In this document: piece by piece, positions 1-9,073 of the stretch
How positions within the stretch are numbered: position 1 is the first letter of the stretch
How the letters are laid out: the number at the start of each line of letters is the position of its first letter
IMG/VR virus record: IMGVR_UViG_3300031884_000002
Span: 186,001-250,000 of that record
Direction: 5' to 3' (one strand)
DNA length: 64,000 nucleotides
Position numbers and translations under genes: made by a program
The notes under the pieces: generated by a model
Told to the model about the DNA's origin: nothing
The model's input: only the letters and a program-made list of their open reading frames with translations
The model's database searches: none

Positions 1-24
1 TAATACATTCATACTTAAAAAAAT

Positions 25-951
25 ATGAAAACAAAACTAACAACAAACATATTTATTAATAGATCTAATATAGTACATAATAAAAAATATGATTATTCCA
101 CTTCAAATTACATAAATTCACATACTAAAATTTTAATTATATGTAATATTCACGGGAAATTTTATCAATTGCCATATCATCATTTAAGAGGAATAGGTTG
201 CCCTAAATGTGGGAAATCTAAAAAATTAACAATTGAAGAGTTTATATTAATATCTAATAAGAAACATAATAATAAATATAATTATTCAAAATCTATATAT
301 GTAAATAACCATACTAAACTAATAATAAGTTGTCCTAAACACGGTGATTTTTTACAAAAGCCAAACGATCATATGAATGGACATGGATGTGATATATGCG
401 GAGGAAAAATAAAAATAACTTCTAAAGAATTTATTATTAAAGCAAATTTAATACATAATAATAAATTCGATTATTCTAACATAGAATATACAAATACAAC
501 CACAAAAACAAATATAAAATGTGTTAAACACGGAGAATTTTATCAATTACCATCAAGTCATTTACAAGGAGTGGGATGCCCCAAATGTAACTATGAAAAA
601 CTTGCGTTAATTAAAGTATCCAAAGCAGAATCTGATTTTTTAGATTATATAAAAATCGACATAAATAATAGATCTAAATTTATAGAAAATTATATAGTTG
701 ATGGATATGACCCATTCACCAATACTATATATGAATTCTTAGGAGATTATTGGCACGGTAATCCTAAAAAATTCAAACCAAATAAAATTAATAAGAGTGT
801 TAATAAAACATATAAAGAATTATATGATTATACATTTCATAGATTTAAAAACATTAAAACTATAGGATATAACATAAACTATATATGGGAAAGTGATTGG
901 AACACTTTTAAAGATGGACTAACAAAAAAACCAAATATATTTAAATTTTAA
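25..951 (+). CDS. Free-standing endonuclease: three CxxHGxF..HxxGxGCxxC repeats plus C-terminal PD-(D/E)xK/Vsr-like domain
   Basis: Three ~58-aa repeats (CNIHGKFYQ..HLRGIGCPKC; CPKHGDFLQ..GHGCDIC; CVKHGEFYQ..GVGCPKC), then VDGYDP..IYEFLGDYWHG..YIWESDW. Confidence 0.75.
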   Translation: MKTKLTTNIFINRSNIVHNKKYDYSTSNYINSHTKILIICNIHGKFYQLPYHHLRGIGCPKCGKSKKLTIEEFILISNKKHNNKYNYSKSIYVNNHTKLIISCPKHGDFLQKPNDHMNGHGCDICGGKIKITSKEFIIKANLIHNNKFDYSNIEYTNTTTKTNIKCVKHGEFYQLPSSHLQGVGCPKCNYEKLALIKVSKAESDFLDYIKIDINNRSKFIENYIVDGYDPFTNTIYEFLGDYWHGNPKKFKPNKINKSVNKTYKELYDYTFHRFKNIKTIGYNINYIWESDWNTFKDGLTKKPNIFKF

Positions 952-1487
952 TATTCCGATTCACTATCTAATATTTCTTGTATCTCTTTTTCTGTCAATC
1001 CAGTAGAACTTAAAATTTGTTCAAGTTCAACACTTCCGTTTGGAATAGTCAAAAGTAGCGATACATATTCATTTGCTTGATACGATGGAACTTGAAATCT
1101 ACCACCAACAAGTTTTAATATTTCTTTATGATGTCTAAGTTTTTTAGATTTTATCCAAGGATAAAACTTATCAGATTTAGGAATAATTGCAATCAATAAT
1201 TTATAAAATTGAGCCGATGGTATTTTATCCAATACTTGGTATAATTGTGCCATTTCTTCTAAAATATTAGCATCCATTGATAATGCTCTCAATATCATAA
1301 AATGATTAAACGATTTTTTATCTTCTTCTGATAATTCTAAATAATAGGTAGGAGACTGGATTTGACGTATGTGTTTAACATGGTCAAATATAGATTTTTT
1401 CTTGGGACCTGTATTTTCAGATTTCTTCTTCATCATCTGCTTTATGTTTTGATTTATAGAGTGATGTTTTCTTATGATTTCGTTCAA
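948..1487 (-). CDS. Putative clamp-loader small subunit (T4 gp62-like); true start probably ~16 codons downstream (MMKKK)
   Basis: FMILRALSM..QFYKLL..IPK..KFYPWIK..QANEY pattern resembles T4-like gp62; replication context. Confidence 0.55.
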   Translation of the reverse strand: MNEIIRKHHSINQNIKQMMKKKSENTGPKKKSIFDHVKHIRQIQSPTYYLELSEEDKKSFNHFMILRALSMDANILEEMAQLYQVLDKIPSAQFYKLLIAIIPKSDKFYPWIKSKKLRHHKEILKLVGGRFQVPSYQANEYVSLLLTIPNGSVELEQILSSTGLTEKEIQEILDSESEY

Positions 1488-1689
1488 CTATTAATATTCG
1501 GTTTAATAAAGACTGATCGTTTTTTTGCAAAATATCATCATTATCTTGAAGAATATCCATTTTCTTAAGTATAAAAGGAACATCTTGAGATGTCAACTTA
1601 ATCATTTTCTTATTAAGAAAATAGAATAATATATACACTGTAACTATACTTATACTAAGTAATATCAGAGAAATAATTAGATATATCAT
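1417..1689 (-). CDS. Small membrane-anchored hypothetical protein
   Basis: N-terminal 25-aa hydrophobic segment, then a charged tail. Confidence 0.55.
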   Translation of the reverse strand: MIYLIISLILLSISIVTVYILFYFLNKKMIKLTSQDVPFILKKMDILQDNDDILQKNDQSLLNRILIVERNHKKTSLYKSKHKADDEEEI

Positions 1690-1829
1690 TGTTTATATTT
1701 CGAAGTATATTTTCCATCCCAATCAACGTCTTCAATATAAAGTTCTTTATATGGATTGGTATGTTTTTTATTTTTTTTATTTTTTACGTTTTTATACTTA
1801 TCACGATTTTCTTTAAATGATTTCCCCAT
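1686..1829 (-). CDS. Small basic protein (47 aa) absent from the ORF track
   Basis: Hand translation MGKSFKENRDKYKNVKNKKNKKHTNPYKELYIEDVDWDGKYTSKYKQ*; TGA overlaps the ATG of the next gene (ATGA). Confidence 0.55.
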   Translation of the reverse strand: MGKSFKENRDKYKNVKNKKNKKHTNPYKELYIEDVDWDGKYTSKYKQ

Positions 1830-1876
1830 ATTTTTAGTAGTTAAATGTTTTCATTGCCATACATATATATTAGATA

Positions 1877-2178
1877 TGATTGTTAAAAACATTATTAACC
1901 CAGAGAAAAAAGACAATGTAATTGGAAATGTCTTTCATATATTCTATCCTGATATAGCCAATTCCATATTATTTGATAGTGATTTATCTTCGTGTATCAT
2001 ATACGGAAGTAAATCAATTGTTATGACTAATTTGAAAAACATTCATAAACTTATGAAGGTTGATAACAAATCAAACGTGATAATTTTTTCATATATTATG
2101 ACTATAGATGGATATCGTAGGATAGATACTTATCAAGGTCCAATCGATACCATTGGTAAATATATTAGACGATATTAA
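1877..2178 (+). CDS. Hypothetical protein (ORF track start 1756; likely start near MIVKNII)
   Basis: Open frame; the upstream part of the track ORF is antisense to the small basic gene; start approximate. Confidence 0.45.
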
Positions 2179-2473
2179 GATATTTGGTTTCAAGTCCATC
2201 GGCCAGATTTACTTTCTGTGTCTTTGCCTTCTGTATCATTATAGATGTAATCGGAAGATATGCGTATAACTTTTCCGGTCTTCCTTTGCCTCCAGTTTTA
2301 GCACCAAACTCTATAATTTTTTGGTCGCTTTTCTGGGCATTAAAGTTCACCCTGCATGTAATTTCCTTTTCAATATGAGGATTTAATTTCCAAACTTCCT
2401 TAACTGTGAAAGTTTGAGTTTTGGGCCAATTAGTAATTTTATTAGAGTTTTTCATAATTTTTTCTTTAAGCAA
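2165..2473 (-). CDS. Hypothetical protein, possibly winged-helix DNA-binding
   Basis: GGKGRPEKLY wing-like motif; own sigma70-type promoter. Confidence 0.45.
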   Translation of the reverse strand: MLKEKIMKNSNKITNWPKTQTFTVKEVWKLNPHIEKEITCRVNFNAQKSDQKIIEFGAKTGGKGRPEKLYAYLPITSIMIQKAKTQKVNLADGLETKYLNIV

Positions 2474-2477
2474 ATTA

Positions 2478-2505
2478 AGTATATCAGATTTTACGATTTT
2501 GTCAA
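2478..2505 (-). promoter_or_regulatory. sigma70-type promoter TTGACA-16-TATACT
   Basis: Read on the minus strand; extended -10 TG present. Confidence 0.7.
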
Positions 2506-2508
2506 TAG

Positions 2509-2973
2509 TTATTTTAAAAGTTCGGGATGTTGATGAATATTCCCAATAATTTGTCGATTATGCATACGATATAATGATAAATTATTTTGTATTTTTATTA
2601 GATTATTTTCTAACTTTCTGTTTATAACATAACCAGCATCTGCTCCATATATATCCTCAGACGGAATACACCATTCTACTACTCCATTTCCAACAAAATC
2701 ATTCATATCACACCGGTAACAATACTTGATAATATCTCCTTCATAAATCTCAATTCCATTATTATCTTTTAATCCAGTAAATTGGTCTATTATAAGACGA
2801 CCATTGAATGTTCTACTTAATATAGAATTAGGATAATCAAATGGCTCCTCCGATTCACAATCACACCGGTCCCAACAATCGCAATCTGGGTCTAACATAT
2901 ATTCTTTATAAGGAATGCCATCTATAATCTTTTTTTCTTTAGTATCCCATATTTTAAACTTTAATTCACGCAT
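2509..2973 (-). CDS. YopX family protein
   Basis: MRELKFKIWD..QFTGLKDNNGIEIYEGDII..IIGNIHQHPELLK. Confidence 0.9.
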   Translation of the reverse strand: MRELKFKIWDTKEKKIIDGIPYKEYMLDPDCDCWDRCDCESEEPFDYPNSILSRTFNGRLIIDQFTGLKDNNGIEIYEGDIIKYCYRCDMNDFVGNGVVEWCIPSEDIYGADAGYVINRKLENNLIKIQNNLSLYRMHNRQIIGNIHQHPELLK

Positions 2974-2979
2974 GACTAA

Positions 2980-3007
2980 ATTATAGCATATTTTAAAGTC
3001 TTGTCAA
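2980..3007 (-). promoter_or_regulatory. sigma70-type promoter TTGACA-16-TATAAT, 6 nt from ATG (leaderless)
   Basis: ttgacaagactttaaaatatgctataatttagtcATG. Confidence 0.8.
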
Positions 3008-3016
3008 TAAAATAAA

Positions 3017-3042
3017 AAGTCCTCGACCAATGCCGAGGACTT
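3017..3042 (-). terminator. Intrinsic terminator
   Basis: aagtcctcg/cgaggactt inverted repeat with T-tract on the minus strand, after 3061..3783. Confidence 0.75.
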
Positions 3043-3060
3043 AATATAAAATATTTAAAC

Positions 3061-3783
3061 TTATTTCTTCCAATCAACTGATAATTTATTATTTTTTTGT
3101 TTAGGAAACTTATATGGAGCTTTTTCACCTTTAACTGAATAATCACGTTGTAATTTAATGTCTTTTGTATTTACTTCTCTCATTGGTTTATTAGGTAAAT
3201 CATCTTCTTTTTTAACTGCTTTTTCATTAAAGTTTTTTTCTTTATTAGATTTATCTCCAACTGTTTTTGCAGTTGGTTTATTTTGCTGTGGAAGTCCCTT
3301 ATCGGGAGCATCTATAGGTTTAACTTTGTTATTATCAAGTGATTTTTTATAATTTTTTTCAACATGAGTTTCTTGATTTTTTAAATTATCTTTAATAAAG
3401 GCTTTAACTTGAACTAAGTTTTGATTTGTAATATACACTCTATCTTCATTTCGGGTATAGGCTTCAATGTTATAACAATCTTCCCATCTTGGAATTATTC
3501 TAATTTTATATAAATCTTCGGCTTCAACTCTAATATCGTCGTGGTCATCCCATTTAACTGTATAATTCTTGTTAATTGCAGACACGGTTTTCTCAATATC
3601 ATCTAAAATCTCTTGTTTGCATTTCTTTTCTGCTTTATGCGGAACTTCTTTTTTATATTCATCGGCATGTTCGACTTCAGGCAATCGTTGATTTATATCT
3701 TTACCAGTTACTGATTTCTCAACTTCTTCTTTAAGAATACGCTTTACGACCTGTTTAAATTGAATTGGAGATATTTTTATCAT
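3061..3783 (-). CDS. Hypothetical highly charged protein, possibly virion-internal
   Basis: TATTTATA motif 4 nt upstream; N-terminal helix ending ILKEE. Confidence 0.5.
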   Translation of the reverse strand: MIKISPIQFKQVVKRILKEEVEKSVTGKDINQRLPEVEHADEYKKEVPHKAEKKCKQEILDDIEKTVSAINKNYTVKWDDHDDIRVEAEDLYKIRIIPRWEDCYNIEAYTRNEDRVYITNQNLVQVKAFIKDNLKNQETHVEKNYKKSLDNNKVKPIDAPDKGLPQQNKPTAKTVGDKSNKEKNFNEKAVKKEDDLPNKPMREVNTKDIKLQRDYSVKGEKAPYKFPKQKNNKLSVDWKK

Positions 3784-3803
3784 ATAGTATAAATATAATA
3801 TAA

Positions 3804-4121
3804 TTAAGCAAAAGCTCGGTTATCAACACTTTTTTTAATATCTTCTTTACAATACGTGAATATTTTCAAACTTGGAACTGTCTGTTTTAATATAAGTTTT
3901 TCTGCAAAATTATTAGTCTCGTCTAAATATGCCATATCAAATGGTTTATTTGTACTTTTACTTAGGTTTATAGCTTCAAATAAATCTTTACTATTATTAT
4001 AAATCTCAATTACTATATTATTTTGATATAACGATGTAAGCATGGTGATAATATTGGTTACACTGCCGCCAGTTCCTAATATAGCAGCATGATATTTTCT
4101 GTTTAAAAAATAACCAGTCAT
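3804..4121 (-). CDS. Degenerate receiver (CheY-like) domain protein
   Basis: IEIYNNSKDLFEAI..PFDMAYLD..LKIFTY; N-terminal acidic pair missing. Confidence 0.4.
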   Translation of the reverse strand: MTGYFLNRKYHAAILGTGGSVTNIITMLTSLYQNNIVIEIYNNSKDLFEAINLSKSTNKPFDMAYLDETNNFAEKLILKQTVPSLKIFTYCKEDIKKSVDNRAFA

Positions 4122-4129
4122 ATAGTCAT

Positions 4130-4519
4130 TTATTGATTCTTTAACTTATCATTTTCTTCTTTATATGCCATTAAACTGCGTTGTAAAGAAGTGATTTCCT
4201 CCTGTAAAGTTGCCGATAATTTTCCACTTGTTACTAATTGAGCATCCAAATCTGCCATGCTTTTCTTTAATTTTACGTTTTCACTTATTAATTCATCTAT
4301 TCTAGCATTAAGCCCCTCAATTTCTCTTAAAAACTCAGCTTTCATAGTGTCAATGACCCCCTTGACGATATTCAATGCTTGAAGTTGAACTTCGGCATCG
4401 GATTTTGCTTTTTGTTTCTTCTCGGAAGAATTGGTTTTTTTAACGGCAATTAAATATGCGGCAACGCCGGTTATTATGGCGGGAATACCGGTTTTTAAAA
4501 TTGGAGTATATTCAATCAT
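4130..4519 (-). CDS. Membrane-anchored coiled-coil protein
   Basis: One N-terminal hydrophobic helix, then a long heptad coiled coil. Confidence 0.55.
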   Translation of the reverse strand: MIEYTPILKTGIPAIITGVAAYLIAVKKTNSSEKKQKAKSDAEVQLQALNIVKGVIDTMKAEFLREIEGLNARIDELISENVKLKKSMADLDAQLVTSGKLSATLQEEITSLQRSLMAYKEENDKLKNQ

Positions 4520-4567
4520 ATACTATATAAATATATGATTGAATGTCAAACCTTTAACTTTTATATA

Positions 4568-5275
4568 TTAAATTATACATTTTCCATTAGCACAGCTTGC
4601 TTCGGCAGTATGTTGTGTCTCGTCGTCGTCTTCTTCTAGTTTTTTATAATCGACCATAGACCAATTTTTTAACAACTCGTCAAACTTTGCATTTTCTTCA
4701 TCTGTTATAACGGCTTCCATAGGAGGCTGTTTGTAAATTTTATCACCCGTAAAAGGCAATAGAGAAACTGCGGTAAAATCCTTTTGATTATCAAATAAAA
4801 ACTTGGTAACATCATCCCACTCTTCATCTTTTACCATAACCGTACAACTAACACTGTGGTTTAATGGCTTAGTATTTACACTTGTAGTTCCAGAATTAAC
4901 CCAATTTTCTTGGGTTAATTTAATAAGTCTTAAATGTTCTATTGCCGATAAATCAGCTTTAATTTTTACATTTTCCGGAACTTCTATTGGAAATGTAATA
5001 ACATCATCCGTTTTATTTTCGCTCCAAACACTTTCTTCACAAGCATGTTCATTAAATAATTTAAAATATTTATATACATTATCTTCTTTATTAACTTGTA
5101 TTCTTCTAAGATAGCGCCTAGAATGATGTGGATGTATTCCGGATGCGGCTGATAAAACAATGCTATTAGTATTATGTGTTACTGTTCCATTTTTTAATTG
5201 ATAAGTATGCGTTTTATCAACTTCTATATCTACTGTTAATTTACGCATTCCAGTTTTTATTGATTTTATTTTCAT
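4568..5275 (-). CDS. nrdJ: Class II RNR fragment 3: 35-aa IntC plus 200-aa C-extein
   Basis: ..TVDIEVDKTHTYQLKNGTVTHN|TNSIVLSAASGIHP..YLRRIQ..HSVSCTV; terminal redox pair CANGKC. Confidence 0.9.
   Translation of the reverse strand: MKIKSIKTGMRKLTVDIEVDKTHTYQLKNGTVTHNTNSIVLSAASGIHPHHSRRYLRRIQVNKEDNVYKYFKLFNEHACEESVWSENKTDDVITFPIEVPENVKIKADLSAIEHLRLIKLTQENWVNSGTTSVNTKPLNHSVSCTVMVKDEEWDDVTKFLFDNQKDFTAVSLLPFTGDKIYKQPPMEAVITDEENAKFDELLKNWSMVDYKKLEEDDDETQHTAEASCANGKCII
5171..5275 (-). mobile_element. Split intein RNR-2, C-fragment (35 aa, +1 Thr)
   Basis: Block F (VDIEV) and block G (THN|T). Confidence 0.9.
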
Positions 5276-6270
5276 AATTTTATATTTGTATTTATCTGAT
5301 CTATAACTTGTTCTATCGTTTCGGTTATATTCTTTTTAAATTGTTTTTCTTTTACTCGTAATATGACATATTTTTTCGACTGTAGTAAAAACTCTTTGAC
5401 AATATCACGCTCTTTTATATGTTCCATGTTATGCCAATATTCCCCATCAAATTCTATTATGATATTGGATATTACAACATCTGGCACACAATATTTTAAA
5501 TTATATGGATTGTCCTCAAATACAATAACTTCCGAATTAGTAATTGGACATCCTCTAAACAAATACTTCAAATCATCCGATAACGACATATATAATAATT
5601 TTGAAAATTGTAATTGTGACTTCGACTCTCCAAAAAAACAATTCATTTTACTATCTATATATTCACGCCATTTTATTTTTCCATCCGTATCTCCATATTT
5701 ACAAATAAAAAAATTCAAATCTCTACTTTGATATTTTTTAACTAATTCCGTTGCCTCAATCAATGACTTTCCTTTTTTTAAAACCCAATCATCGACTTTC
5801 CTAACACATACTCGATTTCGCTTCCATTCTTCAATTTTAAATTTTGCATCGGCTCCATATATACGAACACAATTTTCCATATTTAAAGATGATTTTTTAG
5901 AATGTATATTCTTTATATTTTTTATATCATCTTCAGAATATCCATTCAACCTTAAAGATTCTTCCGACACCGATAATTTTCTATTTTTTTCTTTATATTT
6001 TTTAGTTCCATCGACTTCTCCGTATTTTTTAATATAATATGGCAACGTTCCTCTTGGTTTTAACTTTTCAGTATATTCTTTATATTTTTTAATACCGTCA
6101 CATTTTCCAAATTTAAATATATACATTCGTTCAGAATGAGTGCATGAATATGTCTTAAATCGCTTAGTTCCAATAATCAGTCCATATTTATGAATTAAAA
6201 ACCTCTTTAATCTTAATAATTTTGTGTTTTTAGTTTTCATTAAACGTGTATTAAACCATATATTACACAT
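5272..6270 (-). CDS. Free-standing Vsr-like/PD-(D/E)xK homing endonuclease between the halves of split intein RNR-2
   Basis: KYGxxxG repeats; VPDVV..IIIEFDGEYWH..ILRVKE; ATGA overlap with the IntC ORF. Confidence 0.85.
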   Translation of the reverse strand: MCNIWFNTRLMKTKNTKLLRLKRFLIHKYGLIIGTKRFKTYSCTHSERMYIFKFGKCDGIKKYKEYTEKLKPRGTLPYYIKKYGEVDGTKKYKEKNRKLSVSEESLRLNGYSEDDIKNIKNIHSKKSSLNMENCVRIYGADAKFKIEEWKRNRVCVRKVDDWVLKKGKSLIEATELVKKYQSRDLNFFICKYGDTDGKIKWREYIDSKMNCFFGESKSQLQFSKLLYMSLSDDLKYLFRGCPITNSEVIVFEDNPYNLKYCVPDVVISNIIIEFDGEYWHNMEHIKERDIVKEFLLQSKKYVILRVKEKQFKKNITETIEQVIDQINTNIKL

Positions 6271-6289
6271 GACTTAATACATATAAATA

Positions 6290-7138
6290 TCAGTCAAATG
6301 ATAAAATATCATCGTTTTTTTCTAGATTTCTCGCTTCTACATATCCCCGACCTTTAACTAAAAATTTATGATTTGGAGTAGTTGTAACAATAGTTCCATC
6401 ATCCATTTCCACATCTATAGTATCGGATACTCCATTTATATATAACTTTGTAATATATTGCCAATCATTATTCTCATCTTTAACCATAATCTTAGAAGTT
6501 ACAGGTAAAAATTGTTTTTCATTTAAATTTTCATAATCTTCTAATTTATATCCATTTATCTCAAACAATTCCGATAAAGTTTTATCTCCGATAGAAGTTT
6601 TTATAATAGTCTCGGGAACAACACAACCTTCAGGTTTTATACATGTAATTCTTGCCGCTTGATTTATGCCTATTTTCTTAGCCCATATTTTATTAGTTTC
6701 GACTGCTACTTTGGCAGATTGTTTCTGAAACTCTGGATTGAATAATATATCAGGATTATCCATCATTCCAGTTATAGAAACTCCTAATAATGCTTCGTTA
6801 TTTGACAATTCCTCGGAAGTATGTCCTAAATATGGAAATGAAGTATATCCAGCTTGTAAAGTTCCTATTAAAGTAGCCGCCCAAGTAGCGTCTTTAAACT
6901 TATCACTGGAAGTTATTTTTGCTCCATTTATGGAAGTTAAATTACACATTTGGAATCCACAACGCCCATCATCGGTTACTGGAATAAATGAAATTTCGAA
7001 GCAGTTATGTATTAAAATATTATTAGCAAAAAAATTATGATTATTCTTTACAGATATATCATATACATCTTCATTTGGACGAACCGTTATTTTTTTTATT
7101 TTAATTCTGGTAATTTTTTTATTCTGTTTTGTTTCCAT
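6290..7138 (-). CDS. nrdJ: Class II RNR fragment 2: IntC (45 aa) - extein (126 aa) - IntN (111 aa)
   Basis: VYDISVKNNHNFFANNILIHN|CFEISF..FQMCNLTSIN..LLGVSITG..TCIKPEG|CVVPET..TTPNHKF. Confidence 0.92.
   Translation of the reverse strand: METKQNKKITRIKIKKITVRPNEDVYDISVKNNHNFFANNILIHNCFEISFIPVTDDGRCGFQMCNLTSINGAKITSSDKFKDATWAATLIGTLQAGYTSFPYLGHTSEELSNNEALLGVSITGMMDNPDILFNPEFQKQSAKVAVETNKIWAKKIGINQAARITCIKPEGCVVPETIIKTSIGDKTLSELFEINGYKLEDYENLNEKQFLPVTSKIMVKDENNDWQYITKLYINGVSDTIDVEMDDGTIVTTTPNHKFLVKGRGYVEARNLEKNDDILSFD
6293..6625 (-). mobile_element. Split intein RNR-2, N-fragment (111 aa)
   Basis: Block A CVVPETII and block B TTTPNHKF, then stop. Confidence 0.9.
7004..7138 (-). mobile_element. 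Split intein RNR-1, C-fragment (45 aa, +1 Cys)
   Basis: VYDISV..HNFFANNILIHN|C. Confidence 0.92.
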
Positions 7139-7260
7139 AATTTTAATTCTTTTCTTAAACTACTTCCTGTTGTTAAATAATCTTTTATATTTCTAATTGT
7201 AATTATAGGATATTCCGTAAATATATCCTGTTTTCCTCTATCGTAAATATTATATGGGAT
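7096..7260 (-). pseudogene. Probable 3' remnant of a deleted endonuclease gene
   Basis: 54 stop-free codons with no ATG, filling the spacer between intein halves and overlapping the IntC start, as the intact nucleases do at the other three loci. Confidence 0.5.
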
Positions 7261-7268
7261 TTATAAAA

Positions 7269-8552
7269 TCAATTTATTTTTAATAAAATATCAGTCTCTG
7301 TCAAATCCTTTGCCTCTATCCATCCACGTCCCTCCACAAATACCTTATGGTCCGGAGTTAATTTCAGAACTTCTCCATTTTCTCCTTGGATTTCTAATAT
7401 TTCTGCATTTTCACGGGTTTTCATAGCCATTGTTATTTCATTATTTTCTAAAGAACGAGTTTCTATATTATATGATATTGCATCAAACTTTTCCCCGTTG
7501 TTGTATCGTTCTACCAATTCGTCTATTCTAATATCTCCTTTAGTAGTAGATACCAATGTATCTCCTGTTACACAAGGGTTTAATAATTGACGTTCATCGA
7601 CGACATAGAGAAATCCAGGTTCTCCAAATTGTTTTGTTTTTTCTATTAACAATTTAAATTCTTTGAATGTAGTTCTTCCACGGACAATGATGGCTGAATT
7701 ATTACTTCTGGCTCTCTGTGGATTTTTATCAAACCAGTTACCAGTTTTGGCATTCATCATTTCATCATCGTCTGCATCGAATATCACGCTACATGCACTT
7801 CTTCTAATTCCTCCACTTAAAACAGCATCGGCACAATGCATAAGTATATCATATGCATTTATAGGCTTAAGTCGTACTTGGTGGTCCTTTTCAATAATTT
7901 CATCTAATAATTCTTTTACTTTTTTATGACAATTTTTAAGTCCTTTATAACCGGGGGCTTTACCACCACCCGTTTTAAGTTTTGCTCCTTTTGGTCTTAT
8001 TTTACTATAATCAAATACAATTTTTCTTCCGGAATATGCTGTATTTTTAAAATAACAATTTAACAATGCTTCGATACTATCGGACCATCCTTCAATCGAA
8101 TCTTGTACTACATATGTAATAATAGTTCCAGTTTTATCGTTGGCATTTACCAATGCAGGAAGACGATTTAGAAATCGTTTAGTTAATCCAAATCCAATAC
8201 CAGTCCCACATAATAATGCATAAAAAGACTCCGCAAAAGCACGAATAGAATCTATATGTCTTACTCCGCAATTAAACATTCTACAGTTATGAGCTTCTAT
8301 AGCCTTTCCTCCAAATTGCATAGAACGCATAGAGGGAGTAACTTTCCGTTCACGTACAAAATCAAATGCTCTTACAATTTCCAATTTATCTTTTTCATTT
8401 AAAAAACTGTATTTTTTTAAATGCATTTTTTCTACTCTGGATACAGTTTCTTCCCATGTTTCTCTTCTCTTTTTCTTTTCTTCATATTTTGCATATTTTG
8501 TAGTAAAGGTGAAGTTTCCCATCTCATCTAACATATTTGGTATCTTATTCAT
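7269..8552 (-). CDS. nrdJ: Class II (B12-dependent, monomeric-type) RNR fragment 1: 326-aa N-extein plus 101-aa IntN
   Basis: RRETWEETV, PSMRSMQFGG, RMFNC, FDYSKIRPKG, VLSGGIRRSA, GEPG..NP|CVTGDT. Confidence 0.92.
   Translation of the reverse strand: MNKIPNMLDEMGNFTFTTKYAKYEEKKKRRETWEETVSRVEKMHLKKYSFLNEKDKLEIVRAFDFVRERKVTPSMRSMQFGGKAIEAHNCRMFNCGVRHIDSIRAFAESFYALLCGTGIGFGLTKRFLNRLPALVNANDKTGTIITYVVQDSIEGWSDSIEALLNCYFKNTAYSGRKIVFDYSKIRPKGAKLKTGGGKAPGYKGLKNCHKKVKELLDEIIEKDHQVRLKPINAYDILMHCADAVLSGGIRRSACSVIFDADDDEMMNAKTGNWFDKNPQRARSNNSAIIVRGRTTFKEFKLLIEKTKQFGEPGFLYVVDERQLLNPCVTGDTLVSTTKGDIRIDELVERYNNGEKFDAISYNIETRSLENNEITMAMKTRENAEILEIQGENGEVLKLTPDHKVFVEGRGWIEAKDLTETDILLKIN
7272..7574 (-). mobile_element. 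Split intein RNR-1, N-fragment (101 aa)
   Basis: Block A CVTGDTLV and block B LTPDHKVF, then stop. Confidence 0.92.
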
Positions 8553-8611
8553 AAATTATTTTTAAAAACTATTGTAGTAATAACTATATCTATATTTTTA
8601 TAATAAATAAA

Positions 8612-9073
8612 TTATTCTCCTTTGGATTTATTCCATTTTTTACGGATTATATCTTTTTGAGCTTCTTCTTGACCTTTGAGTTTATTAATAAGTTCCATAC
8701 CTTCGATAGAAGCCATCTCATACATTCCAAGTCTCCCAGTAGCTGCATCCAAATCACAAATATAACTACTACCATCGGGACCAAATCGATTTTTAATAAT
8801 ATGGAACTTAGCAGTATTAGTAAGTTTATTATCCATTGTTCTTGCTTGAGAAGCTACAAAATCAGAAGTCATTAACTTCTTATATGATTCCGCCATGTCA
8901 TCTCCTTCAATAATATCATTCTGAGCGGCACTATTATGCGTATAAATATCATTAGCAAAAAACATATGAGTATCATCTACTGTAATATCAATAGTTTCTT
9001 GATCTCCTATACACTCAATACTAACAATTTCATCAAGGTTAAATTCTTCTGTGTTTAATTTATGTTCTTTCAT
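8612..9073 (-). CDS. Replicative helicase C-fragment: 47-aa IntC plus 106-aa C-extein
   Basis: TIDITVDDTHMFFANDIYTHN|SAAQ..MAESYKK..IIKNRFGPDG (DnaB-family KNRxG motif). Confidence 0.9.
   Translation of the reverse strand: MKEHKLNTEEFNLDEIVSIECIGDQETIDITVDDTHMFFANDIYTHNSAAQNDIIEGDDMAESYKKLMTSDFVASQARTMDNKLTNTAKFHIIKNRFGPDGSSYICDLDAATGRLGMYEMASIEGMELINKLKGQEEAQKDIIRKKWNKSKGE
8933..9073 (-). mobile_element. Split intein helicase, C-fragment (+1 Ser)
   Basis: Blocks F and G ending THN|S. Confidence 0.9.
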
